NCBI GenBank assembly: GCA_038870975.1
Contig: JAVZJD010000002.1
Span: forward strand, 480,001 to 544,000
DNA: 64,000 nucleotides
Direction: 5' to 3'
Source: Candidatus Bathyarchaeia archaeon
GTDB lineage: Archaea > Thermoproteota > CALKCG01 > B24
The notes below the pieces were generated by a model. It saw nothing but the letters and a program-made list of their open reading frames with translations, was not told the origin of the DNA and made no database searches. Below, one piece after another: positions 20,466-29,377 of the stretch (position 1 is the first letter of the stretch; each line of letters opens with the position of its first letter). The position numbers were made by a program, and so were the translations under genes.

Positions 20466-21413
20466 ATGGTGTCACTAGTATTTGGTCCTGTCCCATCTAG
20501 ACGTTTAGGGAGAAGTCTAGGGATAAATAACGTCCCATATAAGACGTGCACATACTCATGCGTCTACTGTCAACTGGGGAAGACAACAAACATGTTTGTT
20601 AAAAGACGATGCTTCTATAAACCAGAGGATATCTTAATAGCGGTTGAAAACAAAGTTAAGGAAATCCTTTCAAAGGGTGAGAGGATAGATTATTTAACTT
20701 TTGCCCCAGATGGCGAGCCAACTCTGGATATTAATATTGGAAGAGGAATATCGCTCGTAAAGCAGATAGACCTCCCAGTAGCAGTAATAACCAATGCTTC
20801 CCTACTCTGGAATCGTAGGGTGAGAGAGAGTCTGCTGGAAGCTGACTTTGTCTCATTAAAGGTTGATGCAGTCAGCCAAGACTTATGGCGGGTGTTGAAT
20901 AGACCACATAAAAGCCTACAGTTGAATGATGTTTTAGAAGGCGTAAGAAAGTTTACAGAAACATTTGAGGGGACAATCATAACCGAAACAATGCTTATCG
21001 ACGGCATAAAATACGACGAGGAGTTTAAGCGAATAGCAGACTTTCTTGGAAAACTAGACAAATTAAATACTGCTTATATTGCAGTACCCACAAGACCACC
21101 TGCAGAAAAGTGGGTTAAGCCAGCTAGAAAAGAAGCCTTAAATGAGGCATTTTAAGCCTTCTCCAAGATACTTGGAAGCTATAGGGTAAAATTCTTGGTA
21201 GAGTATGAAAAGAATGATTTCACTTTAACGGGAAAAATTGAAGATGACATACTCAGCATAGCTGCCGTACATCCAATACGTAAAGAAGTGATAGTAAGTC
21301 TTCTAAAAAGGGTTGGAGCAGACTGGCAAATCTTAGAAAAACTTCTTCAAGAAGGTAAACTGATAAAACTCAAATATGGTGGAAATGAATACTATAGGAG
21401 CAAACTTAGGTAA
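20466..21413 (+). pseudogene. Radical SAM protein (Tyw1-like/COG0731 type) split by one in-frame TAA at 21153-21155
   Basis: FGPVPSRRLGRSLG, CTYSCVYCQLG and DGEPTL. Track ORFs 20466-21155 and 21195-21413 are in the same frame. Confidence 0.8.
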
Positions 21414-21445
21414 GAAAACTTGAAAGACTTTACACTATATATCTG

Positions 21446-21770
21446 TTAATAGAGTAGAAGTGTCCACTCTTTTAATTTTCCTGTTTCTAATGTTGTTACA
21501 CCGATAAGTACCTTATCTATGACGTCTGAGACAAGTACTGGCACTATTTCACTTCTCCCCTCCAGCTCTATTCATATTCTTGGTCTCTCAAGATTGATCT
21601 TCCAGCACCACTCTCCGCAATGGATCTACTAGTCGCCTTAAGATCGAGAAACGTAGCTATCTTGCGTGGTATAATTGTAAGCGTAGCGCTAGTATCAACT
21701 AAGGCGTTAACCTCAACGAGTCTAACGCAACTTTCATCAGCTATTTCAGCCGGGGCCCAACATGACCCAA
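21446..21770 (-). pseudogene. Clan AA (retropepsin-like) aspartyl protease pseudogene
   Basis: MGHV, then VEVNALVDTSATLTIIPR (DTS in place of DTG), VLIGVTTLETG and KEWTLLLY, with several frameshifts. Confidence 0.65.
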
Positions 21771-21804
21771 AAATAATCCCTAAACTTAAACCTCATGGTG
21801 TTTA

Positions 21805-22019
21805 AATTCTTCCTTAGGCAATTTTCAAGTTTCCAGGATTATTGTAAAGGTGTTCTCTGCTATTTTAGTCCCATTCCTCTTTGCCAATATAATGTATAAG
21901 GAATGTATATAGCTATGCTCCGTTTAGAGGATATTTTAAATGCTCAATCTATGGTTTCGCTGAACACTCTCATTTTCCTCCTTAACCCATTCTGGAACAT
22001 TAACGCTCACCGCAGTCAT
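21805..22019 (-). pseudogene. Fused remnant of an antitoxin N-terminus and a PIN toxin C-terminus
   Basis: MTAVSVNVPEWVKE, then after frameshifts AFKISSKRSIAIY and SLYIILAKRNG. Confidence 0.5.
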
Positions 22020-22142
22020 TAACCATCAACATGAGTTTCGATACAAATTCAATAAAACCCCTAGTGGTAAACCATCGTTTAAGACGCCTAAAAATATTGA
22101 CTAGCTTCTCCCAGAAGCTAAGTAAAATTTCCCTATCCAAAT

Positions 22143-23060
22143 CTAAATCATCCTATACAACGGATGATTTTTAACTAGCGGCTTTATCCCTATGCTTCTT
22201 GCATGGTAAGCGACTATTGCATCGATCATTGCACAGATGGGAAAGATATGCTTAGCTTTTGCAATAGAGCCGTAAATAATAAAGTTTGCTCCCATGGTTT
22301 GAGCGAGAGCTAAAGCCCCACCTCTACACGCTATCTTCACGTTTTCTTCTAAACCTTTAGTTTTACTCCATTTCCCCACAGCGCCTATCGGCGCTGTTCC
22401 AGTCGGCATGCCAAATTCTTCCTTAGCTAGATAGATGCCTCGAGCCGCAAAGCCTATGCTTGGAACGTCTAAAACCAGCATGAAGATTAAGGGCTTCTCT
22501 ATGCCAGCTTTTAAAGCTCTAGCAACCAACCCCTCTTCTTCAGCAGATCCTTTAAGAATTTGGATCATACCAGCTGGATATGGATTTCTAGGATTAAAGG
22601 CCTGGATAATAGCGGCCTTTAGCTTTACCCCTCTAATGGCTTCGACCTCCTCTCTACTTAACGTATAGTTTATGGAGTTATAGACAGCTCTCTCCTGAAG
22701 CCCCACTTCTCTCACATAATTTGCCGCTCCAATTCTTATGGACGCGTTAGATCCATTTATTAGGAATGGGCTGTCAGTAACGTTTGATACGAATTCAATG
22801 TACTTTATGAGAGCTATAGAGTTTTCTCCAACCACGTCAAGCATACAAGGAACACCTGTTTTCTCAGACAGCTCTTCTTGAACAAGTATCAGTCTTTCAG
22901 CCTCTCTTCTATTGAAGAGCCCTGAAGACTTATCTTGAACTATCCTATGCCCCTCGTGGAATATACTTCCAATTAAAACTGTAGGCAATTCTCCAGGTTG
23001 CCCGCCGACTTTAACTTTTCCAATTTCAAAAATACTCTGCGTTTTTTCAAACTTAAACAA
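22143..23060 (-). CDS. mtrH: Tetrahydromethanopterin S-methyltransferase subunit H-like (MtrH/MtgA family)
   Basis: MFKFEKTQSIFEIGKVKVGGQPGELPTVLIGSIFHEGH, YNSIN, MGANFIIYG and C-terminal HPLY. Confidence 0.88.
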   Translation of the reverse strand: MFKFEKTQSIFEIGKVKVGGQPGELPTVLIGSIFHEGHRIVQDKSSGLFNRREAERLILVQEELSEKTGVPCMLDVVGENSIALIKYIEFVSNVTDSPFLINGSNASIRIGAANYVREVGLQERAVYNSINYTLSREEVEAIRGVKLKAAIIQAFNPRNPYPAGMIQILKGSAEEEGLVARALKAGIEKPLIFMLVLDVPSIGFAARGIYLAKEEFGMPTGTAPIGAVGKWSKTKGLEENVKIACRGGALALAQTMGANFIIYGSIAKAKHIFPICAMIDAIVAYHARSIGIKPLVKNHPLYRMI

Positions 23061-23138
23061 GCAATTCCACCATCAACTAGACTCTATTTAGGAGAGCTAC
23101 TAAAAACTTTTATCGGAGGAGTATGAAGCTGATATCTA

Positions 23139-23624
23139 ATGAAGAAATTAAAGCATTCCTTTAAAGTCGGCATGAGTTTTGGTTTAACTTCAGGGATAAT
23201 TACAACGCTCGGTTTAATAGTCGGCCTCCACTCTGGCACACATTCGAAGCTTGCAGTTATAGGAGGGATATTAACTATAGCAATAGCCGATGCGTTCTCC
23301 GACGCGCTTGGAATACACATGTCTGAAGAGTCAGAGGCGAGACACAGCTCGAAGGAAATTTGGGAGTCTACAGCTTCAACCTTCCTATTTAAATTCACAT
23401 TTGCTTTAACATTTATAATTCCAGTAATAACACTTGATTTGACTACGGCTATAATTGCGAGTGTAATCTGGGGTATCATCCTCATTGGATTCTTCAGCTA
23501 CATTATCGCTAGAGAACAAAAAGAGAATCCTTGGAACACTGTCATTGAACATTTGATCATAGTAGTTGTAGTCGTAATAATCGCACATTTAATAGGAGAC
23601 TGCATCGCCTCCATATTCGGTTAA
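23139..23624 (+). CDS. VIT1/CCC1-family membrane protein (short form)
   Basis: FGLTSGIITTLG and IADAFSDALGIHMSEESE; about 5 TM helices. Confidence 0.7.
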   Translation: MKKLKHSFKVGMSFGLTSGIITTLGLIVGLHSGTHSKLAVIGGILTIAIADAFSDALGIHMSEESEARHSSKEIWESTASTFLFKFTFALTFIIPVITLDLTTAIIASVIWGIILIGFFSYIIAREQKENPWNTVIEHLIIVVVVVIIAHLIGDCIASIFG

Positions 23625-23644
23625 AAATCAAACGACTATTTCTC

Positions 23645-24004
23645 TTAGAAACCAGGGTCTCCTTCAACAACTTTAACGTTCACCTGCAAGGTATCCTCTG
23701 TTATAGTGTTCCCTCTAACCAGCTTTCTAACTCTAACCCCTTCCTTCCTTGGATTAAAGCCAGGACCCTCTGAGATTAAAATGTACTTTTTCACTCCTCC
23801 TCTAACATCAGGCCTCATGGGTATTCCATCTTTATCACTACCACCAGTTATGAGGAGTTTAACTTTACCTAAACCCATGACTGAACCGTCTATAACCTCA
23901 CCTATTCTACGACCTAGAAGCGGAACAGCCTGTACGCCTTCAACTTCAAAAGTTCTGGACTTACCTGTTTTAGGGTTGGCTACTACGAGTTTAAACTTAG
24001 CCAT
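23645..24004 (-). CDS. rps6e: 30S ribosomal protein S6e
   Basis: ITGGSDKDGIPMRPDV and RKLVRGNTI. Confidence 0.96.
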   Translation of the reverse strand: MAKFKLVVANPKTGKSRTFEVEGVQAVPLLGRRIGEVIDGSVMGLGKVKLLITGGSDKDGIPMRPDVRGGVKKYILISEGPGFNPRKEGVRVRKLVRGNTITEDTLQVNVKVVEGDPGF

Positions 24005-24090
24005 GGCGCTCCCCTTCTAATGATGTTTACGCTACTATAAAGGTTTCTCTTCCTAGGTCAAGAAAAGTGCCAGTTAAGCCTGCATGAAAT

Positions 24091-25884
24091 TTAGAAACCC
24101 CATAGAGCTTTCTTTCTCCTCTTTACTTCCGCGAATTCCTCTAGAACAGCATGCTCTTCAGCGGATAGGATATCAGGATACGTCTGCTTGAACATCTTAT
24201 AGTGCTGCTCAGGGACGTCTACGTAGAGAATATCACCCTCGTCGACATTCCTACCGATTATCGCATTATCTATAGATATTGCCACCTGCATGCCTCTAGT
24301 CGCCTCAGGAATAGTCTTACCCCTATCTTGAACCTGAAGAATAGCTCCGACGCTTTCTCCATCATCTCTTATGAGCTCCTCCCTAGGTTTAACCCTTCCA
24401 GCCAGCACTTCTACACCGACTATGGCAGGCTTACTCCTCCTAAATACATAGCCTGGTAGTATTTTCAGCTTACCTGGAAAAATCAAAGTGCTAATTATCA
24501 TCTTCGTCTTTTCCTCCTGTTTAACCTTAAACCACGCAACATAATCTTCAACAACTCTGTATATTATATTACTTATGAAGACTGGAATCCCAGCCGATTC
24601 TTCCGTAGCCTCAGGTAGGATTTTAACGTTAAATCCGAGGATTACACCATACTCCGGTTTTTCCCTAGCTGTAACCTTAGCTTCTGTGAAATCGCGCTTT
24701 GAAACATCACCTATATCAGCTAATCTAACCGGTATGCCCCTCTTGTTGAGCTCGGTTATCAACGCCTCAAGAGCACCCAACGTATCTGCTTTAACTACGA
24801 CTCCAATTTTATCTGTTTTTATCCGAAGCCTACCAATTTCTTCAGACAGCTTTTTAACATATTCTTCAACCGAAGCACCCTCCGGAACAGCATAAAGCGG
24901 AGACCCTGGAATAGCATCTTCAAGGTTTGGAGCTGCTATCTTGACGCCGACTGCTGCTACAACTTTATCGACTTTCATAAAACCTCCTGTGGGAGCTCTA
25001 ATCTCATCTAGAGGCTTGGGGAGGAGTAGCGACCTAACTTTAGTAACTATAGGCTTCTCTTTACCAGCTAAAACTATGATATCATCTACCTTTAGAATAC
25101 CATCGTAGATTATTACGTTTACCGTCACCCCTAATCCGACTTCCTCTTTAACTTCCAGTACTGTTCCCCTAGCTGCTCCACTAGTAGTTTCAAGCCTCGC
25201 TTTAAGATACTGCTGAGTTAAACCTATAAGGACTAGGAGAAGGTCCGGTATCCCCTCACCCGTTTTAGCACTCACTGGAACAAGGGCTACGGTCCTAGTG
25301 AAATCTTTAATCCGATCATATCTATCTGCTTGGAAGCCCAATTTTGAAAGCTCTCCTATGATAAGATAGAGCCTGGCGTCTAGGTCTTTTCTAACGTAAG
25401 GGTCTTGAAGCCTAAAAGTCTCGTTGAACGGCTTGTCGTAGTTTGGCTTCCAACCAGGTATAAGGTCTATTTTATTAACGGCGACTAAGAACGGTACTTT
25501 CCTAGACCTTAAAAGCTCTATAGATTCTATCGTCTGCTCCTCCACGCCTTTAATAACGTCTATCACTAAAATCGCTATATCTGCTACGGAGCCTCCACGC
25601 ATCCTCAAATTCATAAATGCGCTGTGACCTGGGGTGTCTATTACTAAGAGGCCTGGAACTCTTATCTTCCACCCAGTTTTAGCAAGTAGAGATTCACAAG
25701 ACTTTTCCAACGCATCCAGAGGGAAGAAACTTGCACCTATATGTTGAGTCATTTCCCCAGGCTCTTTTAAGGTGACAGCAGTCCCCCTAATCTTATCTAA
25801 AAGCGTAGTTTTTCCGTGGTCTACATGTCCTAAGACAACAACTATGGGTTGTCTTATGGTTCTATCCTGCTTTTCAATATCCAT
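24091..25884 (-). CDS. infB: Translation initiation factor aIF5B (IF-2)
   Basis: RQPIVVVLGHVDHGKTT, DTPGH, NKID and SAKTGEG. Confidence 0.97.
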   Translation of the reverse strand: MDIEKQDRTIRQPIVVVLGHVDHGKTTLLDKIRGTAVTLKEPGEMTQHIGASFFPLDALEKSCESLLAKTGWKIRVPGLLVIDTPGHSAFMNLRMRGGSVADIAILVIDVIKGVEEQTIESIELLRSRKVPFLVAVNKIDLIPGWKPNYDKPFNETFRLQDPYVRKDLDARLYLIIGELSKLGFQADRYDRIKDFTRTVALVPVSAKTGEGIPDLLLVLIGLTQQYLKARLETTSGAARGTVLEVKEEVGLGVTVNVIIYDGILKVDDIIVLAGKEKPIVTKVRSLLLPKPLDEIRAPTGGFMKVDKVVAAVGVKIAAPNLEDAIPGSPLYAVPEGASVEEYVKKLSEEIGRLRIKTDKIGVVVKADTLGALEALITELNKRGIPVRLADIGDVSKRDFTEAKVTAREKPEYGVILGFNVKILPEATEESAGIPVFISNIIYRVVEDYVAWFKVKQEEKTKMIISTLIFPGKLKILPGYVFRRSKPAIVGVEVLAGRVKPREELIRDDGESVGAILQVQDRGKTIPEATRGMQVAISIDNAIIGRNVDEGDILYVDVPEQHYKMFKQTYPDILSAEEHAVLEEFAEVKRRKKALWGF

Positions 25885-26017
25885 ATTCCTTCACTACTAT
25901 CTTTCAAACCACTTATAGAGTTTTCTTACCCCAAAGAGACCACTAGAAGGCAATCACTCTTCAGACAACCTTTTAAACGCCCACTACGAGTAATCTAGAA
26001 AGAGGATTGAAGAGACT

Positions 26018-27760
26018 ATGGAAGAGCCTATTAAGACACTCATATGGAAATATGCTTTACAGAACGCATACAGGTATGGAGGGAGGGCCCAGTCTAAAGC
26101 CGTTATAGGCAAAGTCTTAGCTGAAAAACCAGAGCTTAAAGCTCTGGCTAGAGAACTTACAAGCACTATCCAGCAGATCGTAGACGAAGTCAACCGCATG
26201 AGCTTAGAAGAACAAAGAAGAATTCTGGAAGAGAATTTTCCAGAATTATTGGCTGAAAGAGAAGTCGAGGCTACCGTAAAAACCCTACCGCCCCTCCCCA
26301 ACGTAGATAAATATCCCATGGTTGTAACGAGGTATGCGCCAAATCCAGATTTCGTCCTACACTTCGGCCAGGCTAGGGCCATATACTTAAGCCACGACTA
26401 TGCGAGAATCTACAAAGGAAAATTTATACTTAGATTTGAAGATACAGACCCTAAGAATAAAAAGCCAGTTTTAGAGTATTACGATGCCATTAGAGAGGAT
26501 ATAAAATGGCTTGGATGTAAATGGGATGAAGAATATATTCAAAGCCTACGCCTACCCATATACTACGAGTATGCTAGAAAACTCATAGAGGCCGAAGCTG
26601 CATACGTCTGCACGTGTAAACCAGAGGCTTTTAAAGAAATGGTTATAGTAGGCAAACCATGTCCATGCAGGGGATTGACCGTTGAAGAGAACCTTGAAAG
26701 ATGGGATAAAATGCTAGGTGACTACTATGGAGAGGGGGATGCGGTATTAAGGGTTAAAACAGACCTACAACATAAGAATGTTTCTGTAAGAGAATGGGTG
26801 GCGTTTAGAATAATAGACGCTTCTAAGAATCCACATCCAATAGTCGGGGATAAGTATAACCTCTGGCCAACTTATCACTTTGCAAACGGCTTAGACGACC
26901 ATTTGATGGAGATTACACACATAATTAGAGGAAAGGAATTCCTATCAACACTCGATAGACATTTATACCTATACAAGCACTTTGGATGGAAGTATCCAGA
27001 AGCCATACACTACGGTAGATGGCTTCTTCCAAAGGGAGGAGCTATGTCTAAGTCTAAAACCCTTAGAGCCATTAAAGCTGGCCTCTTTAAGGGGTTTGAC
27101 GATCCTCGACTGCCCACTCTTGCAGCTCTACGCCGTAGAGGAATACAGCCTGAAGCCATCCACCAGATGATTTTAGAAGTTGGCGTTAAACAGTCTGAAG
27201 TATCTCTAAGCTGGGACAACCTCTACGCCTACAATAAGCGGATTGTTGAGCCAAAGGCTAAGAGGCTGTTTTTCGTACATAACCCAGTTAGATTAAAAGT
27301 TTACGGATTAACGAGACAGTATGAGGCTAAGATACGGTTCCACCCATCTAAACCTGAAATGGGATTCCGTAGATTAAAAGTTGAAGTTAAGAACAACGGA
27401 GCAAGTTTATTCATATCTCCGGAGGACGCAAAGCTCCTGAAGGATAGGGGGATGGTTAGACTCATGGAGCTTTTCAACGTTAAATTAGAAAAGTCTTCAG
27501 ACAATATGCTAGAAGCCATTCTCCTGAGTGAAACCTATGAAGAAGCTAGGAGGTTAAACATACCGCTAATACATTGGCTTCCAGCAGATCAGTACATTAA
27601 AGCTAGAGTTGTAATGCCAGATGCGACAGAACTGGAGGGGATTGTTGAAAACAACTGTTTAGCAGTTGAAGTCGGAGAAGTCGTGCAATTTGAAAGATTC
27701 GGATTCGTCAGATTAGACTCTAAAAATGGAGAATGGGTCTTCTACTACACCCATAAGTGA
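26018..27760 (+). CDS. gltX: Glutamyl-tRNA synthetase (archaeal type)
   Basis: RYAPNP, HIGH-like HFGQ, LRFEDTDP, AMSKS and QFERFGF. Confidence 0.95.
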   Translation: MEEPIKTLIWKYALQNAYRYGGRAQSKAVIGKVLAEKPELKALARELTSTIQQIVDEVNRMSLEEQRRILEENFPELLAEREVEATVKTLPPLPNVDKYPMVVTRYAPNPDFVLHFGQARAIYLSHDYARIYKGKFILRFEDTDPKNKKPVLEYYDAIREDIKWLGCKWDEEYIQSLRLPIYYEYARKLIEAEAAYVCTCKPEAFKEMVIVGKPCPCRGLTVEENLERWDKMLGDYYGEGDAVLRVKTDLQHKNVSVREWVAFRIIDASKNPHPIVGDKYNLWPTYHFANGLDDHLMEITHIIRGKEFLSTLDRHLYLYKHFGWKYPEAIHYGRWLLPKGGAMSKSKTLRAIKAGLFKGFDDPRLPTLAALRRRGIQPEAIHQMILEVGVKQSEVSLSWDNLYAYNKRIVEPKAKRLFFVHNPVRLKVYGLTRQYEAKIRFHPSKPEMGFRRLKVEVKNNGASLFISPEDAKLLKDRGMVRLMELFNVKLEKSSDNMLEAILLSETYEEARRLNIPLIHWLPADQYIKARVVMPDATELEGIVENNCLAVEVGEVVQFERFGFVRLDSKNGEWVFYYTHK

Positions 27761-27841
27761 AAATTTTATTCATTATTGTACGTCAATTCCATCGGTGAGC
27801 ATCTTAGAACCCTAAAGGGGAATGGATGAATGCAATTTCTT

Positions 27842-28684
27842 CTACGCCTCTAGCTGTAGAAATGCTAAAAGCCCTAGAAGCATCCATATTACCACTATGT
27901 TTTTAACTTTTCTGGCTTTCTCCCTTGATGGATTTCTCAGAATGATTATGGAGGAGACCGCGAAGCCTACATCAGCTAATGCTACTGTAAACGAATATCC
28001 TAGAGGTGGATTACCAGTAAGAATAGGTATAGGTGTGATTAAAACAGCTAATAAGTATAAGCCTGTTGCTACATAGGAGGCTATTCTACTCCCATGCTTC
28101 ACAGCTATCGTATTAATACCGTAAATCCTATCCCCTTCTACGTCGACTATACCCTTCGTCACCTCTCTACCCGTATTTGATAGGAAGGCCGTTGAAGCCG
28201 CTAAAATATTCGATGTCTTCAATCTTCCCGTTAGAAGACCGCCGTATATGAAGGGGATTGCAACACATCCACTAACCATCATATTGCCTAAAAAACCCGT
28301 CTTTTTACCGTAGGATGTGTATATTACTGATAAGAATATGGATAGCAAAGCCAATACGAGGCATTTGTTGGAAGTAAAAGCTGAAGCAGATAGACCTATA
28401 ATTAATAGTAGAATTGCATATATTAATGCTCGAGTGGGTCTTACAGCTCCACTCGGTATCGGCCTATTAGGCTCATTTATAGCATCTATATGACGGTCGA
28501 AGTAATCGTTTAAAGTCATTGAAGCACCTGTTAGAGTAAAACCAGTTATAAAGCCGAGTACTGCACTTTGAACTACCCAAAGCTTAATATTTGACTCGGC
28601 CATGTAAAGACCGACTAAGACAGCAAAGCCCATCATAAACGAGTTTACAGGTCTAAGTAATCTAACGTACTGTTTAATGTGCAT
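27842..28684 (-). CDS. Digeranylgeranylglyceryl phosphate synthase (UbiA family)
   Basis: RLLRPVN, NDYFDRHIDAINEPNRPIPSG and REVTKGIVDVEGD. Confidence 0.88.
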   Translation of the reverse strand: MHIKQYVRLLRPVNSFMMGFAVLVGLYMAESNIKLWVVQSAVLGFITGFTLTGASMTLNDYFDRHIDAINEPNRPIPSGAVRPTRALIYAILLLIIGLSASAFTSNKCLVLALLSIFLSVIYTSYGKKTGFLGNMMVSGCVAIPFIYGGLLTGRLKTSNILAASTAFLSNTGREVTKGIVDVEGDRIYGINTIAVKHGSRIASYVATGLYLLAVLITPIPILTGNPPLGYSFTVALADVGFAVSSIIILRNPSREKARKVKNIVVIWMLLGLLAFLQLEA

Positions 28685-28743
28685 CAGAAGTTAAATTATA
28701 CGACCATGTTTAAAGTGTTTTCGATTCCGATACAACCTTAAGC

Positions 28744-29373
28744 CTATAAACCGCTTATACTAAAGTATATCCAAGATACGCCAAAAACTATTAGAATTAT
28801 ACTAAAAAGCAACAGTATGTAGCGGTAGACTTTAAGGCCAAGCACTTTCTTCCCGAACTTTGAAAGATGTGCTAACAATCCAAGCCATAGATAGTCCATC
28901 CAAACATGAGACACATACATTACGGTTAACCCCTGTACTAAACCTAGACTCATAGCCTCATATATGAGGACTGAACCGATACTAAACCACCAAAGGAGGA
29001 AGTACGGGTTTAAACCAGACAGCATAACACCTGTTAGAATGGAGCCTCTTTCCAGGGAAACTTCGCTATTTGATGGAGACTGAGTTAATTTTAAACCTCC
29101 CTGAAGCTGAAGTACACCGAAAGCTATTAAAGCTAAACCTCCCACTATCCCTAAAAACTGTTTTACCGTTTGACTGATTAAGCTTAGTAGGCCAAACCAT
29201 ATGAGTATGACCAGTGGGAGTTCTACAATTGTATGCCCTAGTGCACAACCTAAACCAGCCTTAAGACCACCCTTACTACCACGGATGATCGTAGCTATTG
29301 TTAGAGGACCTGGACTTAATGCGCCCGAAGCTGTAATTATCGATACGTATATTATGAAGGAGAAAACATCCAA
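28744..29373 (-). CDS. LysE-family translocator
   Basis: SGALSPGPL, GHTIVE and NPYFLLWW. Confidence 0.85.
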   Translation of the reverse strand: MDVFSFIIYVSIITASGALSPGPLTIATIIRGSKGGLKAGLGCALGHTIVELPLVILIWFGLLSLISQTVKQFLGIVGGLALIAFGVLQLQGGLKLTQSPSNSEVSLERGSILTGVMLSGLNPYFLLWWFSIGSVLIYEAMSLGLVQGLTVMYVSHVWMDYLWLGLLAHLSKFGKKVLGLKVYRYILLLFSIILIVFGVSWIYFSISGL

Positions 29374-29377
29374 GCTT

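Noticed and set aside
8720-21155. In-frame TAG/TGA codons as pyrrolysine/selenocysteine recoding
   Set aside because: They occur in genes that also carry frameshifts or deletions. TAG and TGA terminate intact genes here (rps15, mrp, rpl12), and no pyl/sel genes are in the window.
23084-23485. Antisense track ORFs (e.g. 23084-23485, 50413-50895, 51771-52256, 63285-63557, 211-429)
   Set aside because: These are shadow frames opposite well-supported genes and have no motifs.
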